A stretch of DNA of 64,000 bases from Octopus sinensis (GCF_006345805.1 NC_043001.1:3286001-3350000); one strand, 5' to 3'; positions 50,560-63,749 are shown, counted from the stretch's first letter. A program made the numbers and translations. The notes: generated from the sequence alone by a model not told the origin.

Positions 50560-51150
50560 TGTTCTATTTGGTGAGACGCATGCTTATCCCTCAGTATGAA
50601 AATGCTATTAATTAGAAGTAAACTGGAACAATTAGCTTTTATTACGATTGATCACCACTTCTGATACCAGAACTGCTTGATCAGGGAAATGTTGCCACAA
50701 TGAAAGCATTTTATGGCTGTAATATGTCATGTGATATTGCCGAAGACAAACGCTTATCACTAACTATTAAATTATTCAGTCAAAGACACTTTGTTCATAA
50801 TCCTTTCAAATCCTCAGCATTAGGTCTTGCAATCAGCCTAAAAAGTACAGACATAATTGTTCCAAATAAAGGTGATTCTGAGCCTAATATTCATGTGGAT
50901 GGACAGAAATTTCTGGTTGTGAATAAATTCCTATATTTAGTCACTATTGTGCACATGATAAATGATCTTGATGATGAAATCTTTCTAATAAAGAAAGCCC
51001 GTGATGCATTTGCAAAATTAGAAGAAGGTTATGGTCTCAGCATGGAATTTCAACTTTGAAAAGTTTAAAGGCCAACAATACTTGTTTTGTCTTTGTTGTT
51101 GGATGCATGTAAGACATGAGTCACTAACTTTTCATCAACCTTGTCTCTGC
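50560..51150 (+). mobile_element. Decayed RTE (BovB-like) LINE RT fragment
   Basis: SSALGLAISLKSTD..EPNIHVDGQKFLVVNKFLYL..LDDEI..KARDAFAKL, matching the RTE pattern FGLTISLKKT..LEVVDKFxYLGS..DDEV..KASxAFGRL. Confidence 0.8.
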
Positions 51151-51569
51151 CTTATTCTGGGTGTCCATTCATCATCATCGTCATCATTTAACGTCTGCTT
51201 TCCATGCTAGCATGGGTTGGACGATTTGACTGAGGTCTGGCGAACCAGACTAACCCTTCTCCTTTGTCTGTGCATTCAACAACTAGCAATGAGGACTTTT
51301 CTCCCTCCACTTTAAAGAGAGTTTATAGGCCACCGGCCATTAGGGTCTGAGGAAATGCCATCAAGCTATACACTTTGGACATGAAACCCAGGGTAGCCAT
51401 ATACACTGGCCATAACTATCATTATCTAATATATCTATGTAGGTATATATATATATCTATATATCTATGTGTGTGTGTATATATGTATATATATATGTAT
51501 ATATATATATTCCTCTCTCTCTTTCAGAGAGGCACTGAGCAGCTATATGCACACATACACACACAGCAG

Positions 51570-51716
51570 TAACTCCCACCTACCGAATTCAATCACAAAG
51601 CTTTGGTTGGCTCGGGGCTATAGTGGAAGACACCTACCCAAAGTGCCACGCAGTGGGACTGAACCCGAAACCATGTAGCTAGGCAGCAAGCTCCCTAACC
51701 ACACAGCCATGCCCGC
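51570..51716 (-). mobile_element. CORE-like SINE, 5' half
   Basis: Family head and core; abuts (TA)n. Confidence 0.85.
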
Positions 51717-52468
51717 ATATATGTATATATATACATACATATGCATCTATTTAAATGTCAAATGATGGAAATGAGTGCTTGATATAGCATTGGTAGATAG
51801 AATTTCTTTATTTGTGTACTAAGTCTACCATTGGTTTCATGTTAAGGAAAATAGAAAAACAGGAATAATATCTTCGCAATTTTTCAAGCTGATTACGTAA
51901 AGGAATGGTGTTCATCTCCATTTTGGATAAACACACACACACATATAAATAGATTTAATGGATGAGAGAAACCTCTTTTAAAGTGATCGTGCACTTTTGA
52001 ATAACACATAGACACAGAGAAATGAAACAAATTCACTGTTTCTATTATTCCTAGAATGACTATTTTGTTTTTGCATTGTGTTCTAATAAACACTGTTTGG
52101 ACTTCTAACAGAGATTTGCCCGAATAACATTGAAGAATATTGAATTGGAAAAATCAATTTTCGTTCTTGGAAAATACAAATTAAAAAACAATTTCTGATA
52201 TTTATATGAATCCATAATCAAGTTTTGATATATTTGCATACAGAGGTAAGTCATTCCTGTGTGGTGAAGAATTCTGTCTCACAACCAATTTTGTTTCAGG
52301 TTGAATCTCACTGTCGAGCACTTTGGCAAAGTGAGTTCTGCTACTGCTCCAGGCAAACCAATGCCTCAAGTGGGGATTTTGTTGATGGAAAAATCGCATT
52401 CCATCTATCACACACCCATGCACCCATACACACACACACACCACACACACACACACACACATATATAT

Positions 52469-52501
<33 letters not shown>

Positions 52502-53012
52502 CACACACACATATGTATGTATGCATATATTTATAGATATGGCAAATAAGAAAATGGGACAGATACAAAAACGACATACATCAGCCGGTAGACGTTCTAG
52601 TATGTCTATTTATTACAATGAATTAGAGTGTATTAGAAGAATACATAACTATGTACACATGTAATAGCTATGTCTTACACACACACACATGTACTAATGT
52701 TACAGAAAAGAGCAAAATATCAGATTGGCAGTAGGTTTTAGTTCCTTACGGCCGTTTTTGCCAAGAGGCAGCGAAATCCTCCAAGCCATTTCCATCTCTT
52801 CAGTGTTCCGTAGGGATGGGCAGATAAAGTTCGGATGATGAATGTGCCTCTAGCCTTCTTCAGAGGGTCTGAGTGGTTGGGAGGGTTAATACATATAAGA
52901 AACAGTTAACAACAGGTACTGTGTGTTTGTCTTTTAAAAGGGCAGAAAAAGAATAGGAGCAAACATGTTGGTTGGTTTCCCAACCTCTATCTCACACAGA
53001 AATATATATATA

Positions 53013-53500
53013 TTCCTTTATTCTTTTGTTTCAGTCATCTAACTGTGGCCATGCTGGAGCACTGCCTTTAGTTGAGTACATTGACTCCAGGACCTATTCT
53101 TTGTAAGCCTACTACTTATTTTATTGGTCTCTTTTGCAAACCACCATGTTACAGGCATGTAAACTCACCAGCATTGGTTGTCAAGCGATGTTGGGGAGAC
53201 AAACACAGACACAGAAACATATACATACATATATATGTTAAAGTTAACAATCTCAACTTAAAATTGTATATTTATATATATATATATATATATACATACA
53301 TATATATATACATATATACATACATACACATATATACGATGGGCTTCTTTCAGTTTCTATTTACCAAATCCACTCACAAGGCTTTGGTCGGCCCCAGGCT
53401 ATAGTAGACGACACTTGCTCAAGGTGTGATGCAGTGGGACTGAACCTGGAACCATGTGGTTGGTAAGCAAGCTACTTACCACACAGCCACTTCTGCACCT
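53013..53500 (-). mobile_element. Full-length CORE-like SINE with expanded internal (TA)n
   Basis: Colinear with 24316-24720. Confidence 0.88.
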
Positions 53501-53689
53501 ATAAATATATATATATATGTACACATGGCAGAGTTATTTGTGTGGGATTACCAATCTGGGCAAAATTCTTTACAAGAGCTCTGTTAGTAAATCAGTCTGA
53601 TAATATTGTTTAAATTAAAAAAGAACTTCATATAGTCTTTTGGCAGGGATCGAGGTTATAGTCATATCACCATTCTATATTGTAAAATG

Positions 53690-53900
53690 GCAGTGACTTG
53701 GCAGAATCGTTAGCACGCCAGGTGAAATGCTTAGCAGTATTTCGTCTGTCCTTATGTTCCCAGTTCAAATTTCGCCGAGGTTGACTTTGCCTTTCGTCCA
53801 TTTGGGGTCGATATATTAAGTACCAGTTGTGCACTGGGGTCAATCTAATTGACTGGCCTCCTCTCCAAAAGCTTTGGCCTTGTACCTAGAGTAGAAAAAA
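53690..53900 (+). mobile_element. Meta-like SINE, alternative-tail subfamily
   Basis: ggcagaatcgttagcacgcc..gactttgcctttcgtcc..gagtagaaaa. Confidence 0.85.
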
Positions 53901-54106
53901 ATATTGTAAATCCGTGGTTGTGTTCCAGGTATGTTGGTTTTGACACAGAGAGATACACCTGACAAGGTATAAATAATGGTGATTACATATTTTTCTTTAT
54001 TGCAAGAAATTTGACTGACAGCTGTTACCAGTGGTCATTATAAGTTTGTTAATGGTAGGTTTACTCAATTGATCCATTGACCAGTTGATAAAATTTGAAT
54101 GACTAA

Positions 54107-54580
<474 letters not shown>

Positions 54581-54861
54581 TATCTTGTGATGGGTGGTGG
54601 TGGTGGGAGGAGTGAAAGGGACAATAAGTGTCAGAGGAAGGAAAGAAAGGAAGAGAGAACAGAATAGAAGGAATAGAGTGAGGGAGGCAGTGAAGAGAGG
54701 AAGGGAGACGGGTTGGGTGAAATTAAGGAAAGGACTGTTATAAAAAAAGAATCATTAGTGTTTGTAATTTTCATTAAACGAAACAAATATTTGCAATGCT
54801 TACAAGTCAGATACTCTCCAAATATTATAACACAGTTCTATTTTTAAGAGATGAGGAATTA

Positions 54862-55054
54862 TACACATTATTTACATTATTTACATTATTTACATTATTT
54901 ACATTATTTACATTATTTACATTTGACGGATATTTATCCTCATCTTGTTTGTTGTTAACACCACGTTTCGGCTGAGATACCCTCCAGCCTTCTTCAGGTG
55001 TCCTGGGGAAATTTCGAACCTGGGTTCTCATTCCTATGGTATTTTTCGATGTTG

Positions 55055-55099
<45 letters not shown>

Positions 55100-55243
55100 T
55101 CACTGCCTGGAATCGAACTTGGAATCTTGGGTTCGTAGCCCATGCTCTTAACCACTACGCTATATGCCCGTGGACATATGGTGTAGTGGGAGTGTGTTAA
55201 CAACAAACAAGATGAGGACAAATATCTGTCAAATATAAATAAT
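54862..55243 (-). mobile_element. tRNA-Arg-like SINE with hammerhead (copy 4, least interrupted), with inverted head and tail pieces upstream
   Basis: Minus strand: gggcatatagcgtagtggttaagagcatgggCTACGAAcccaagattccaagttcgattccaggc, (AAT)n, body, hammerhead, (aatgtaaat)n x5-6. Inverted pieces at 55169-55243. Confidence 0.9.
54957..55002 (-). ncRNA. Type I hammerhead motif inside the SINE (cleavage triplet mutated to GUG in this copy)
   Basis: GACAC-CTGAAGA-A-GGCTG-gagggtatct-CAGCC-GAAAC-GTG-GTGTT. Confidence 0.7.
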
Positions 55244-55661
55244 CTCCAAATACTGTGTTGAAATTTGATATAGGCCGCTTGCACACATGATCTACTGAAA
55301 TATTTGGTCAGTTGTAGCATCAGGCATAATGGAGGAATTGTATTAGAGAATGACTGAAAGAACAGCAGTAACTATATTATGGGAAATTTGAGAAAGCTGT
55401 GCTTAGCATAAAGATAATATAGAGACAGAGGGAGAAAGGTGAGGTTAAGAAAAATTTTTAAAATTAAAATGAAATAAATTGAAATGAAGTTATTTAAAAC
55501 CAAACACAATTTTAAATGAAATTAGATTAGAATAATTGAAAAACAAAATTAAACTAGTAAATAGATTAAGGATTGAAATTTAAAAACTAAAAATTATAAA
55601 ATTGTAAAATTAAAGCTATTGAAAATTAAAAGAATTCAAAGAATTTTAAAGAATATAAAAC

Positions 55662-56265
55662 TATCTGCTGAGTGTTCAAAAAGTCTGTACACAGTAAGTA
55701 TTTTATTGCAAAATAAAAATTTCTAAAATGGAATAAAACTACAAAACAATATATTAGACTTTACCAGACTTTAAAAAAACTTTAAAAGAGATGTTGAAAT
55801 TTAATTTCTTTTTTACTGCCAAGTGAACACTTCCTAGGCTGATTTCCATTTCCTGTGACAATTTGCATAAGGACTTTGACGGGCTTGCCAACAGTTTATC
55901 AAAAATATTGGGGAGTGCTTCGTCTGAAAGAACAGAAAGCCTATCACTCCTTGCTGTGTCTTTGACTGAGTCTATGTTTCTAAATTTTCTTATCAAATCC
56001 TGAAATGTGACGATATGGAACAAAGGTATTTGGAAAAGTTTCACTGAACTTCCGTTTCACAGAATCTGTGTATGTGTTCCCAGCTCGAAACACCCATTCA
56101 ACTGAAAATGTACATTCTTCAATGGTTAGCATGTCGACACGCTGAAGGGTACACAATGAGTGAGGGACAATGGCTAACACCCGGTCACCCGGTCAGTGAT
56201 AGCCAAGATGCGCAGGTGCAAGAAGGAAAGAATTCAGTGTGGAGAGACTTTTGGAACACCCTGTA
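55662..56265 (-). mobile_element. Internally deleted Tc1/mariner element (N-terminal HTH region)
   Basis: MLTIEECTFSVEW..KRKFSETFPNT..LIRKFRNIDSVKDTARSDR..SPSKSLCKLSQEMEISLGSVH. The right end gacttttggaacaccctgTA mirrors the decayed left end gagtgttcaaaagtc. Confidence 0.8.
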
Positions 56266-56543
56266 CAGCGTTTATATTTATATACTCTTTTACCATTTTA
56301 CAAGTTTCAGTCATATCAATGTGGACATGCTGAAGCACGGCGTGAAGGGGTTTCAGTTGAACAAATTGACCCTTTTAAGCCTAGTACTTATTCTAACAGT
56401 CTCTTTTGAGGACATAAACACACCACTATCTGTTGACAAGTGATAGTGGGGGCGCAAATGCAGACACCAAGACACACACATAAATATACATACATATGTA
56501 TATTTATACATGTATAAATAACTATATATATAAATATATATAA

Positions 56544-56592
<49 letters not shown>

Positions 56593-56779
56593 ATATTATA
56601 TATATATATATGTATGTATGTATAAAAGAACATAAATTTGTGTTGTGCGTTTTCTAGCTACACAACATCTAGAACCAGCCCTGAGTAAGATCCAGGATTT
56701 AAATTGGATTTCACACTTACATGTCTACATACATACATGCATATATGTGTGTATATAATATATATATATATATATATAT

Positions 56780-56950
56780 AGGCACAGAAGTTGCTATGTG
56801 GTAAGTAGATTGCTTATCAACTACATGGTTCCAGGTTTAGTCCCATTGCCTGGCACCTTCGACAAGTGTGTTCTACTATAGCCTCAGGGCAACCAAAGCC
56901 TTGGGCATGGATTTGGTTGATGGAAACTGAAAGAAGACTATCGTATATAT
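56780..56950 (+). mobile_element. CORE-like SINE, 5' half
   Basis: Starts directly after (TA)n; ends at gaagactatcgtatat. Confidence 0.82.
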
Positions 56951-56959
56951 GTATATATA

Positions 56960-57840
56960 TCATCATCATCATCGTTTAACGTCCGTTTTCCATGCTGGCA
57001 TGGGTTGGATTATTTGACTGAGGCTAGGAGAGCCAGTGACTGCACCAGGCTCCAATCTGATCTGGCACAGTTTCTACAGCTTGATGCCCTTCCTAACGCC
57101 AACCACTCCAAGAGTGTTGTGGGTACTTTTATATGCCACTGGTATGAGGGCCTGTCAGGGGGTACTGGCAACAGCCATGCTCAACTGGTGTTTTTTAGGT
57201 ACCACCTGCACAGGAGCCAGTCCTGTGGCACTGGCAATGACCTCGCTTGAATGATTTTTCATGTGCCATCGGCACAAGTGCCATTAAGGCAACGCTGGTA
57301 AAAATCACTCTCGAATAGTGCTTTTTATGTGCCCACCAACACAGACGCCAGTTAGCTGCTCTGGCAATGATCATGCTCGGATGGTGCTCTTAGCGCTCCA
57401 CTAGCATGGATGTCAGTCATCGAATTTGCTTTCGATTTCACTTGCCTCAACAGGTCTTCACAAGCAGAGTATAGTGTCCAATGAAGGAAAGGTACACATA
57501 AGTGGGCTGGTTACCCCCCCCCCCCCCACTGGCATAGGCCACGAGATTATGGTCTTAATTGGCTTGCCGATTCTTCTCTAGCATAGCATTTTCCCAAAGG
57601 TCTCAGTCACTAGTCATTGCCTTGGTGAGGCCTAATGCTTGAAGGTCATGCTTCACCACCTCATCTCAGTTCTTCCTGGGTCTACCTCTTCCACAGGTTC
57701 CCTCAACAGCTAGGGTGTGGCACTTTTTCACACAACTATCCTCATCCATTCTCACCACATGACCATACTAGCGCAGTCATCTATCTTGCTTGCCACATCT
57801 GATGCTTCTTAGGTCCAACTTTTCTCTCAAGGTACTCTGC
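56960..57840 (-). mobile_element. 5'-truncated RTE LINE
   Basis: Colinear with 21407-22125 and extends further into the ORF (LRWYGHVVRMDEDSCVKKCH..GRGRPRKN). Confidence 0.9.
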
Positions 57841-58004
57841 ACATTTTCAGTGTTTATTTTTGCTTTAGAGTTAAAAATTGCTGCTTTTATAGTTCTAACT
57901 TTTAAAAGACCTAAAAAAGACTAATTTTATAGTTTTGGCACATTTCTAGTTTTTTAGAGGCTTTTAGAGACAGAAAAGGGTTTAAAAATAAAACTCAAAT
58001 GAAA

Positions 58005-58178
58005 CAATCATCATCATCATCATCCTCATCACCATCGTTTAACGTCTGCTTTCCATGCTGGCATGGGTTGGACGGTTTGACTGCGGATTGGCAAGCCAGA
58101 AGGCTGAACCAGGCTCAATCTGACCTGGCAAAGTTTCTACAGCTGGATGCCCTTCCTAACACCAACCACCCCGAGAGT
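58005..58178 (-). mobile_element. RTE 3' UTR fragment
   Basis: (cat)n..cgtttaacgtctgctttccatgc..accaaccaccccgagagtgt. Confidence 0.88.
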
Positions 58179-59170
58179 GTCTTTGTCCCTTGGTGGTCTT
58201 TGTCACTTGGTGGTCTTTGTCACTTGGTGGTCTTTGTCACCTTGGTGGTCTTTGACAACATCTGGTCTGTTAGACTGGATCCTTCTACCAATGTGTTTTG
58301 GCATATCCCAGAGTGTAGTTGTTTTGTCAATTTCTGTGACCTTTTCTGGGATATGACTATACCATCTTTTTCTGTGGTCATTCCATAGTGTTGGCATAGC
58401 TTCCAATTTTCATAGGTCCCAACTCTGTCATGTCTGGGGATATATTCTTCAAGACTGGGAAGGCAGAGACAATATGATTTATTATTTCTTCCCCATCACC
58501 TCATATTCTACAGTTACTTATTGTATTTTTCTGCATGGTTTTCTGGCGGTTTCTTGTGGGGAGGCCTTGATCTTCTGCCACAGTGAAAAATCCTCCTGCC
58601 CTTCTCAACCATTGTTGCAATTCTTTTCTGTTTGGGTTATTTCATTATTTGCCATGCAAGAGTTCTTCTTGCTATCACTTTGCCCTGATATTTTAGAGTT
58701 CCAGCTTTAGATTTTGGTTACTTCTCACCTTTTATCCTTTCTTCTTTTCCATCAAAGTTCTCAAGTGTTATGACCTTTTTCTTGTATTATTCCTCTTCCT
58801 TGAATACAGGAAACAGTTTTTTGCTTTGCTCAAGCTTTATGGCTTTTTGCACCAGTTTTTTTTTTTTGGTTCTAAGTTAGATATTTCGGTAAACCTGTGC
58901 TGGTTATTTTAAAGCAGTTTTCTCGGTGTAAAAGGCCTCTACCTCCTTCAATTCTAGATCAGATTTTGGGTGGTGCATTCGAAATTCGGCAATTATTTTT
59001 CTTGTTTTCTTGTCTAGATTGGTTGATTCCTTTAGTTTCCAATTAAGAATATTATAATTGTAACTTATAACTGAGATGGCTTCAGCATTGGTACCACTCA
59101 TCTTCTTCATCTTCTCATTTGCCTGTGTTTGTAGTACCATATTTCAGTCATTGATTCCTAACTATTCGTA
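58179..59170 (-). mobile_element. Older, diverged R4/Dong-clade LINE fragment
   Basis: AISVISYNYNILNW..LDKKTRKI..MHHPKSDLE; KRWYSHIPEKVTE..TTLWDMP..IQSNRPDVV. Paralogous to 1-2096; the 5' end abuts a microsatellite. Confidence 0.85.
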
Positions 59171-59179
59171 GCTTTGTAG

Positions 59180-59520
59180 TATTGTTGTTGTTGTTGTTGT
59201 TGTTGTGTTGTTGTTGTTGTTCTTCTTCTTCTTCTTCTTCTTCTTCTTCTTCTTCTTCTTCTTCTTCTTCTTCTTCTTCTTCTTCTTCTCCTCCTCTTCT
59301 TTCTTTTCTTATCATCATCATCACCACTGCCACCGCCGTCACCGCCGCCACCACCACCACCACCACCGTCGACATCGTCATCCTTGTCATCGTCACTGTC
59401 GTCATCGTCGTCATCGTCGTTGTCATCATCACGTCAGCACCACTACCACCACTACCATCATCACTGTCACCGTCACAACCACCACCACCACCACCACCAC
59501 CATCATCATCATCATACAGA
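59180..59520. repeat. Compound (TTG)(TTC)(CAT)(CAC)(CGT) microsatellite
   Basis: Seen directly. Confidence 0.97.
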
Positions 59521-60369
59521 GTAAGGGAATACCTGTAAGGAATAAATCCGGTTCCAACTGGTTCCCTTGCCACTAATATTCTCTCTCTCTGTTTCCTTCT
59601 CTTTTGCATCATAAAAGCAATTTACTTCCATCATAATAATTATTGACCCAGCTTCATTAATAAATATAAATTTATAATTTTAAGTAATCACAAAATTTCT
59701 AGTTTTCCTTAAAAGGAATCTATCTTTTTCCTATTTTCCAGTTACTGCAATATAAAACTGTTCACTGCAACTTGCATCGTGCATTCGTAGACGTTTAAAT
59801 GCATCAAGGTGCAGGGAGACGCAGCACGACGCAGAACACAAACACACGCATTCACACATATCTATATATGTACCTTTATATCTATTTGTATATGCGTCTT
59901 CATCCATGTATCTATCTATCTGTGTTTACGCATAGATACTCACATGCATTACACATACTCACATAGCGATGCACACTAAATATACATTTGAATGTATATA
60001 TACTGTTGCATGTATTGAGTACTTTGTCCCCCTTCTGCTTCCAAACAATACACACACACATACACACAAACATATACACACACAGGTGGACAACTACACA
60101 CATGGATTTATACATGCACTTCTAATATATCTATCTATATACATATATATGTATGTACGTATGTATGTATAATGTATATGCATGAATATACGCATGTGTG
60201 TGAATGCCTAGAAGTGTGTAATCACACTTAAAGAGTTTTATGCTTGTTCCTTTTGTCTTGAATATTGTATTATCAGCTGGTATTTGTCAGTGAATTACCA
60301 AGGCTGGTCATGAACAAGTCTAATTTCCATTATTATAAAACAAAGAGAAAGTAAAGAGAGTTTCTGCTA

Positions 60370-60569
60370 CCTATATATACTGCTAACGTGAATAGAAATT
60401 AACAATATGTGTGTATATGTAGAAGGGCACGTATAAATATATATATATGTGTATATGTAAATATATATATGTATGTGGTATATTATATATATATATATAT
60501 AATATAATATTATATATATATATATATATGTACATATATGTATTATATATATTATATATATATATATAT

Positions 60570-60600
<31 letters not shown>

Positions 60601-61353
60601 CATATGTACATATATATATATGTACACATGTATATATATATATATATGTACATATGTATATATATATATATGTATATATAAATATATATACATATATGTA
60701 CATATATATATACATATAAATATCTGCATATATATATAGTGTGTGTGTGTGTATATGTATGAGTATGTATCAATCTATATATTTTGATGTACATTGTTAT
60801 CTTTTTGTGTGTGTGTTTGTGTATATATACACACAAATACGCTCACACATATATAGGCACATGCACACATAGACACAGAGGCACACGCATATAAGTTCTT
60901 ATATTTCATGATTTTCATGTAAAATATTTGTTCCAACCTCCTCGAGTGTATGTCTCCTTTCAGTACCTCATGCACACAGACTTAACTTTAATAAAAGGGT
61001 TGATGCACACTTATATATATATACCTATATATATATATATGTGTGTGTGTGTGTTTGCGTGTGCATGTGCGTGTGTGTGTGTATGTGTATGTATATATAT
61101 GTGTGTGTGTGTGTTTATATATGTGTATGTGTATATATATATATATATATATATACATACATATATATACATATACATACATATATATACATATATGTAT
61201 ATATATATATATTTATATATATATATATATATACATACATATATATACATATACATACATATATACATAGATGTATATATATTATTTTTATATATATATT
61301 ACATACATATATATATATATAGGTACATACATATATATATACACATATACATA

Positions 61354-61420
<67 letters not shown>

Positions 61421-61798
61421 ATATACATATGTACATATATACATTTATATATATACACACACACACATCTATACATGTATATATATACACACACACATAT
61501 ATATACTATATGCTATGTATGTCCTCATAAATTGGTATGCATTAATATATTTTTACATAGAGTTTGTGTGGGTGTATTTTTTTTACTTATTGTTTTCGTA
61601 TCCATTTATACGTTTCCTTGTCTAGAAAGAGAATCAGGCAATTACATAAGGAGCAGTTCAGGAAAACGAGTCCATGTGTATATAAATATATAGACTTGAT
61701 TCTATTCTTACAGCTGTGTGTCTATGGATATAGGCATGTTTATAGAACAGAGTGTATCGAATCATGATATGCAACACACACACACAGACAAACACATG

Positions 61799-61843
<45 letters not shown>

Positions 61844-61945
61844 GAAATATCTGCATCCATAGGTACGTGGGTGTGTGTATATTGCAGATTTCTGGCTAGG
61901 TTTGAAGGACTCTCATGATTATTCTCTCCTTATATATATATTATA

Positions 61946-62037
<92 letters not shown>

Positions 62038-62085
62038 CTAATATATATATATATATATATACACGTATATATATATATATATATA

Positions 62086-62116
<31 letters not shown>

Positions 62117-62221
62117 TATATAATATGTATATACATATGATATATGTATATATATAATATATTATATATATATTTATACATACACATCTATATATATATA
62201 TATATATACACACACACATGC

Positions 62222-62255
<34 letters not shown>

Positions 62256-62358
62256 TACATATATTATATAATATATATATATATATCTACATATATATAT
62301 ATATATACACATATATATACATATATATTATATACACATATATAGACATATATATATA

Positions 62359-62413
<55 letters not shown>

Positions 62414-62420
62414 GCACACA
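60370..62420. repeat. About 2 kb of (TA)n/(TG)n/(CA)n degenerate microsatellite with short unique islands
   Basis: Seen directly. Confidence 0.95.
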
Positions 62421-62539
62421 TACTTGCACATACAGATACATTGTTTGTTTCAGGTAAGCCACCTCAGTGACCCCAGTGAATACGTTCACCTCCTCCCACC
62501 CCACCTGACTACTATCTTCTACTCTCATCAAAGAAACCT

Positions 62540-62870
62540 CATCATCATCATCATCAACATCATCGTCGTCGTCGTCATCATTGATAGTATTATTAGTAGC
62601 AGCAGCAGCAGCAGTTGTAATTTCAGTAATAGTATCATCATCATTAACATCATCTTCATTGTCACTGTCATCGATATTGTTGTCATCATTGTTGTCGTCA
62701 TCATCATCATCACTACCACCACCACCACCACCACAATCACCACCACCACCACAATCACCACCACCACCACCACCAACCACCACCACCACCACCATCATAA
62801 TCATCATCACCACCACCAGCGTCACCACCGCCACAATCATCATTTGTATTTTTATTATTGTTGTTGTTTG
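62540..62870. repeat. (CAT)/(CAC)/(CAG) compound microsatellite
   Basis: Seen directly. Confidence 0.95.
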
Positions 62871-63274
62871 TGATGTTGGATTCATAGATTCCTTAAATCA
62901 TCAAAGTACCTTGTTGTATTTATTGAAGCCGTGTATGTTTTAAGTTCAAATCCCAGCAAGTCCAGTGTTTCTCTTTTCCTCTTTCTGATCCCGTTAAAAT
63001 AAAATACCAGTCTAATACCAAGGTTGACTGTAAATTCTAAATGCACCCCTCCCCACTTAAACCTTTTCTCCCTCAGCCTAAGTAAGAACCAACAAAGATG
63101 TGTTGGTTTCACAGAAAAAGTACCTACAGCTGTCACGAGTTCAAATTCTGCCAAAGTCTTGTTGAGACAGCAATAGAAAAAAGTACCTCTGCAATAATCG
63201 TGTGGCCCTGCGACTGTGCGAGAAATTATTATTGGTTGTGGTGGGGTGTATCATTATTGTTATTATTATTATGA

Positions 63275-63720
63275 AGGCAATGAGCTGACAGAATAGTTAT
63301 CATGCAGGATGTAATGCTTACCGGTATTTTGTCTGCCAAAACACCGGTATTAAGGCGGTCAGCTGGCAGACTCGTTAGCACGCCGGGCGAAATGCTTAGC
63401 GGTATTTCGGCTGCCGTTACATTGTGAGTTCAAATTCCGCCGAGGTCGACTTTGCCTTTCATCCTTTCGGGGTCGATAAATTAAGTACCAGTTACGCACT
63501 GGGGTCGATGTAATCGACTTAATACCTATGTCTGTCCTTGTTTGTCCCCTCTATGTTTAGCCCCTTGTGGGTAATAAAGAAATAGGTATTTTGTCTGCCA
63601 CTACGTTCTGAGTTCAAATTCTGCTGAGGTTGACGTTGCCTTTCATCTTTTTGGAGTCAATTACATAAGTACCAGTTGCACGCTGGGTTCGATGTAATCG
63701 ACTTAATCCCTTCCCTCAAA
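63275..63720 (+). mobile_element. Young Meta-like SINE (about 63352-63584) embedded in an older copy of the same family
   Basis: The 16-bp direct repeat ggtattttgtctgcca flanks the young copy at 63323-63338 and 63585-63600. Confidence 0.8.
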
Positions 63721-63749
63721 TTTGAGACTTAGTGCTTCCAAGAGAAAGG

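Noticed and set aside
58179-58256. Short direct-repeat arrays (also 2036-2096) as CRISPR-like
   Set aside because: No unique spacers, eukaryotic context, and the repeats derive from LINE sequence.
59775-59830. Imperfect hairpin with a miR-33-like GTGCATT seed
   Set aside because: Large asymmetric bulge and poor match beyond the seed; not a credible pre-miRNA by eye.
60367-62359. Dozens of YIYI/CVCV ORFs (also near 8.2, 31.3, 38.2 and 45.5 kb)
   Set aside because: Dinucleotide microsatellite artefacts.
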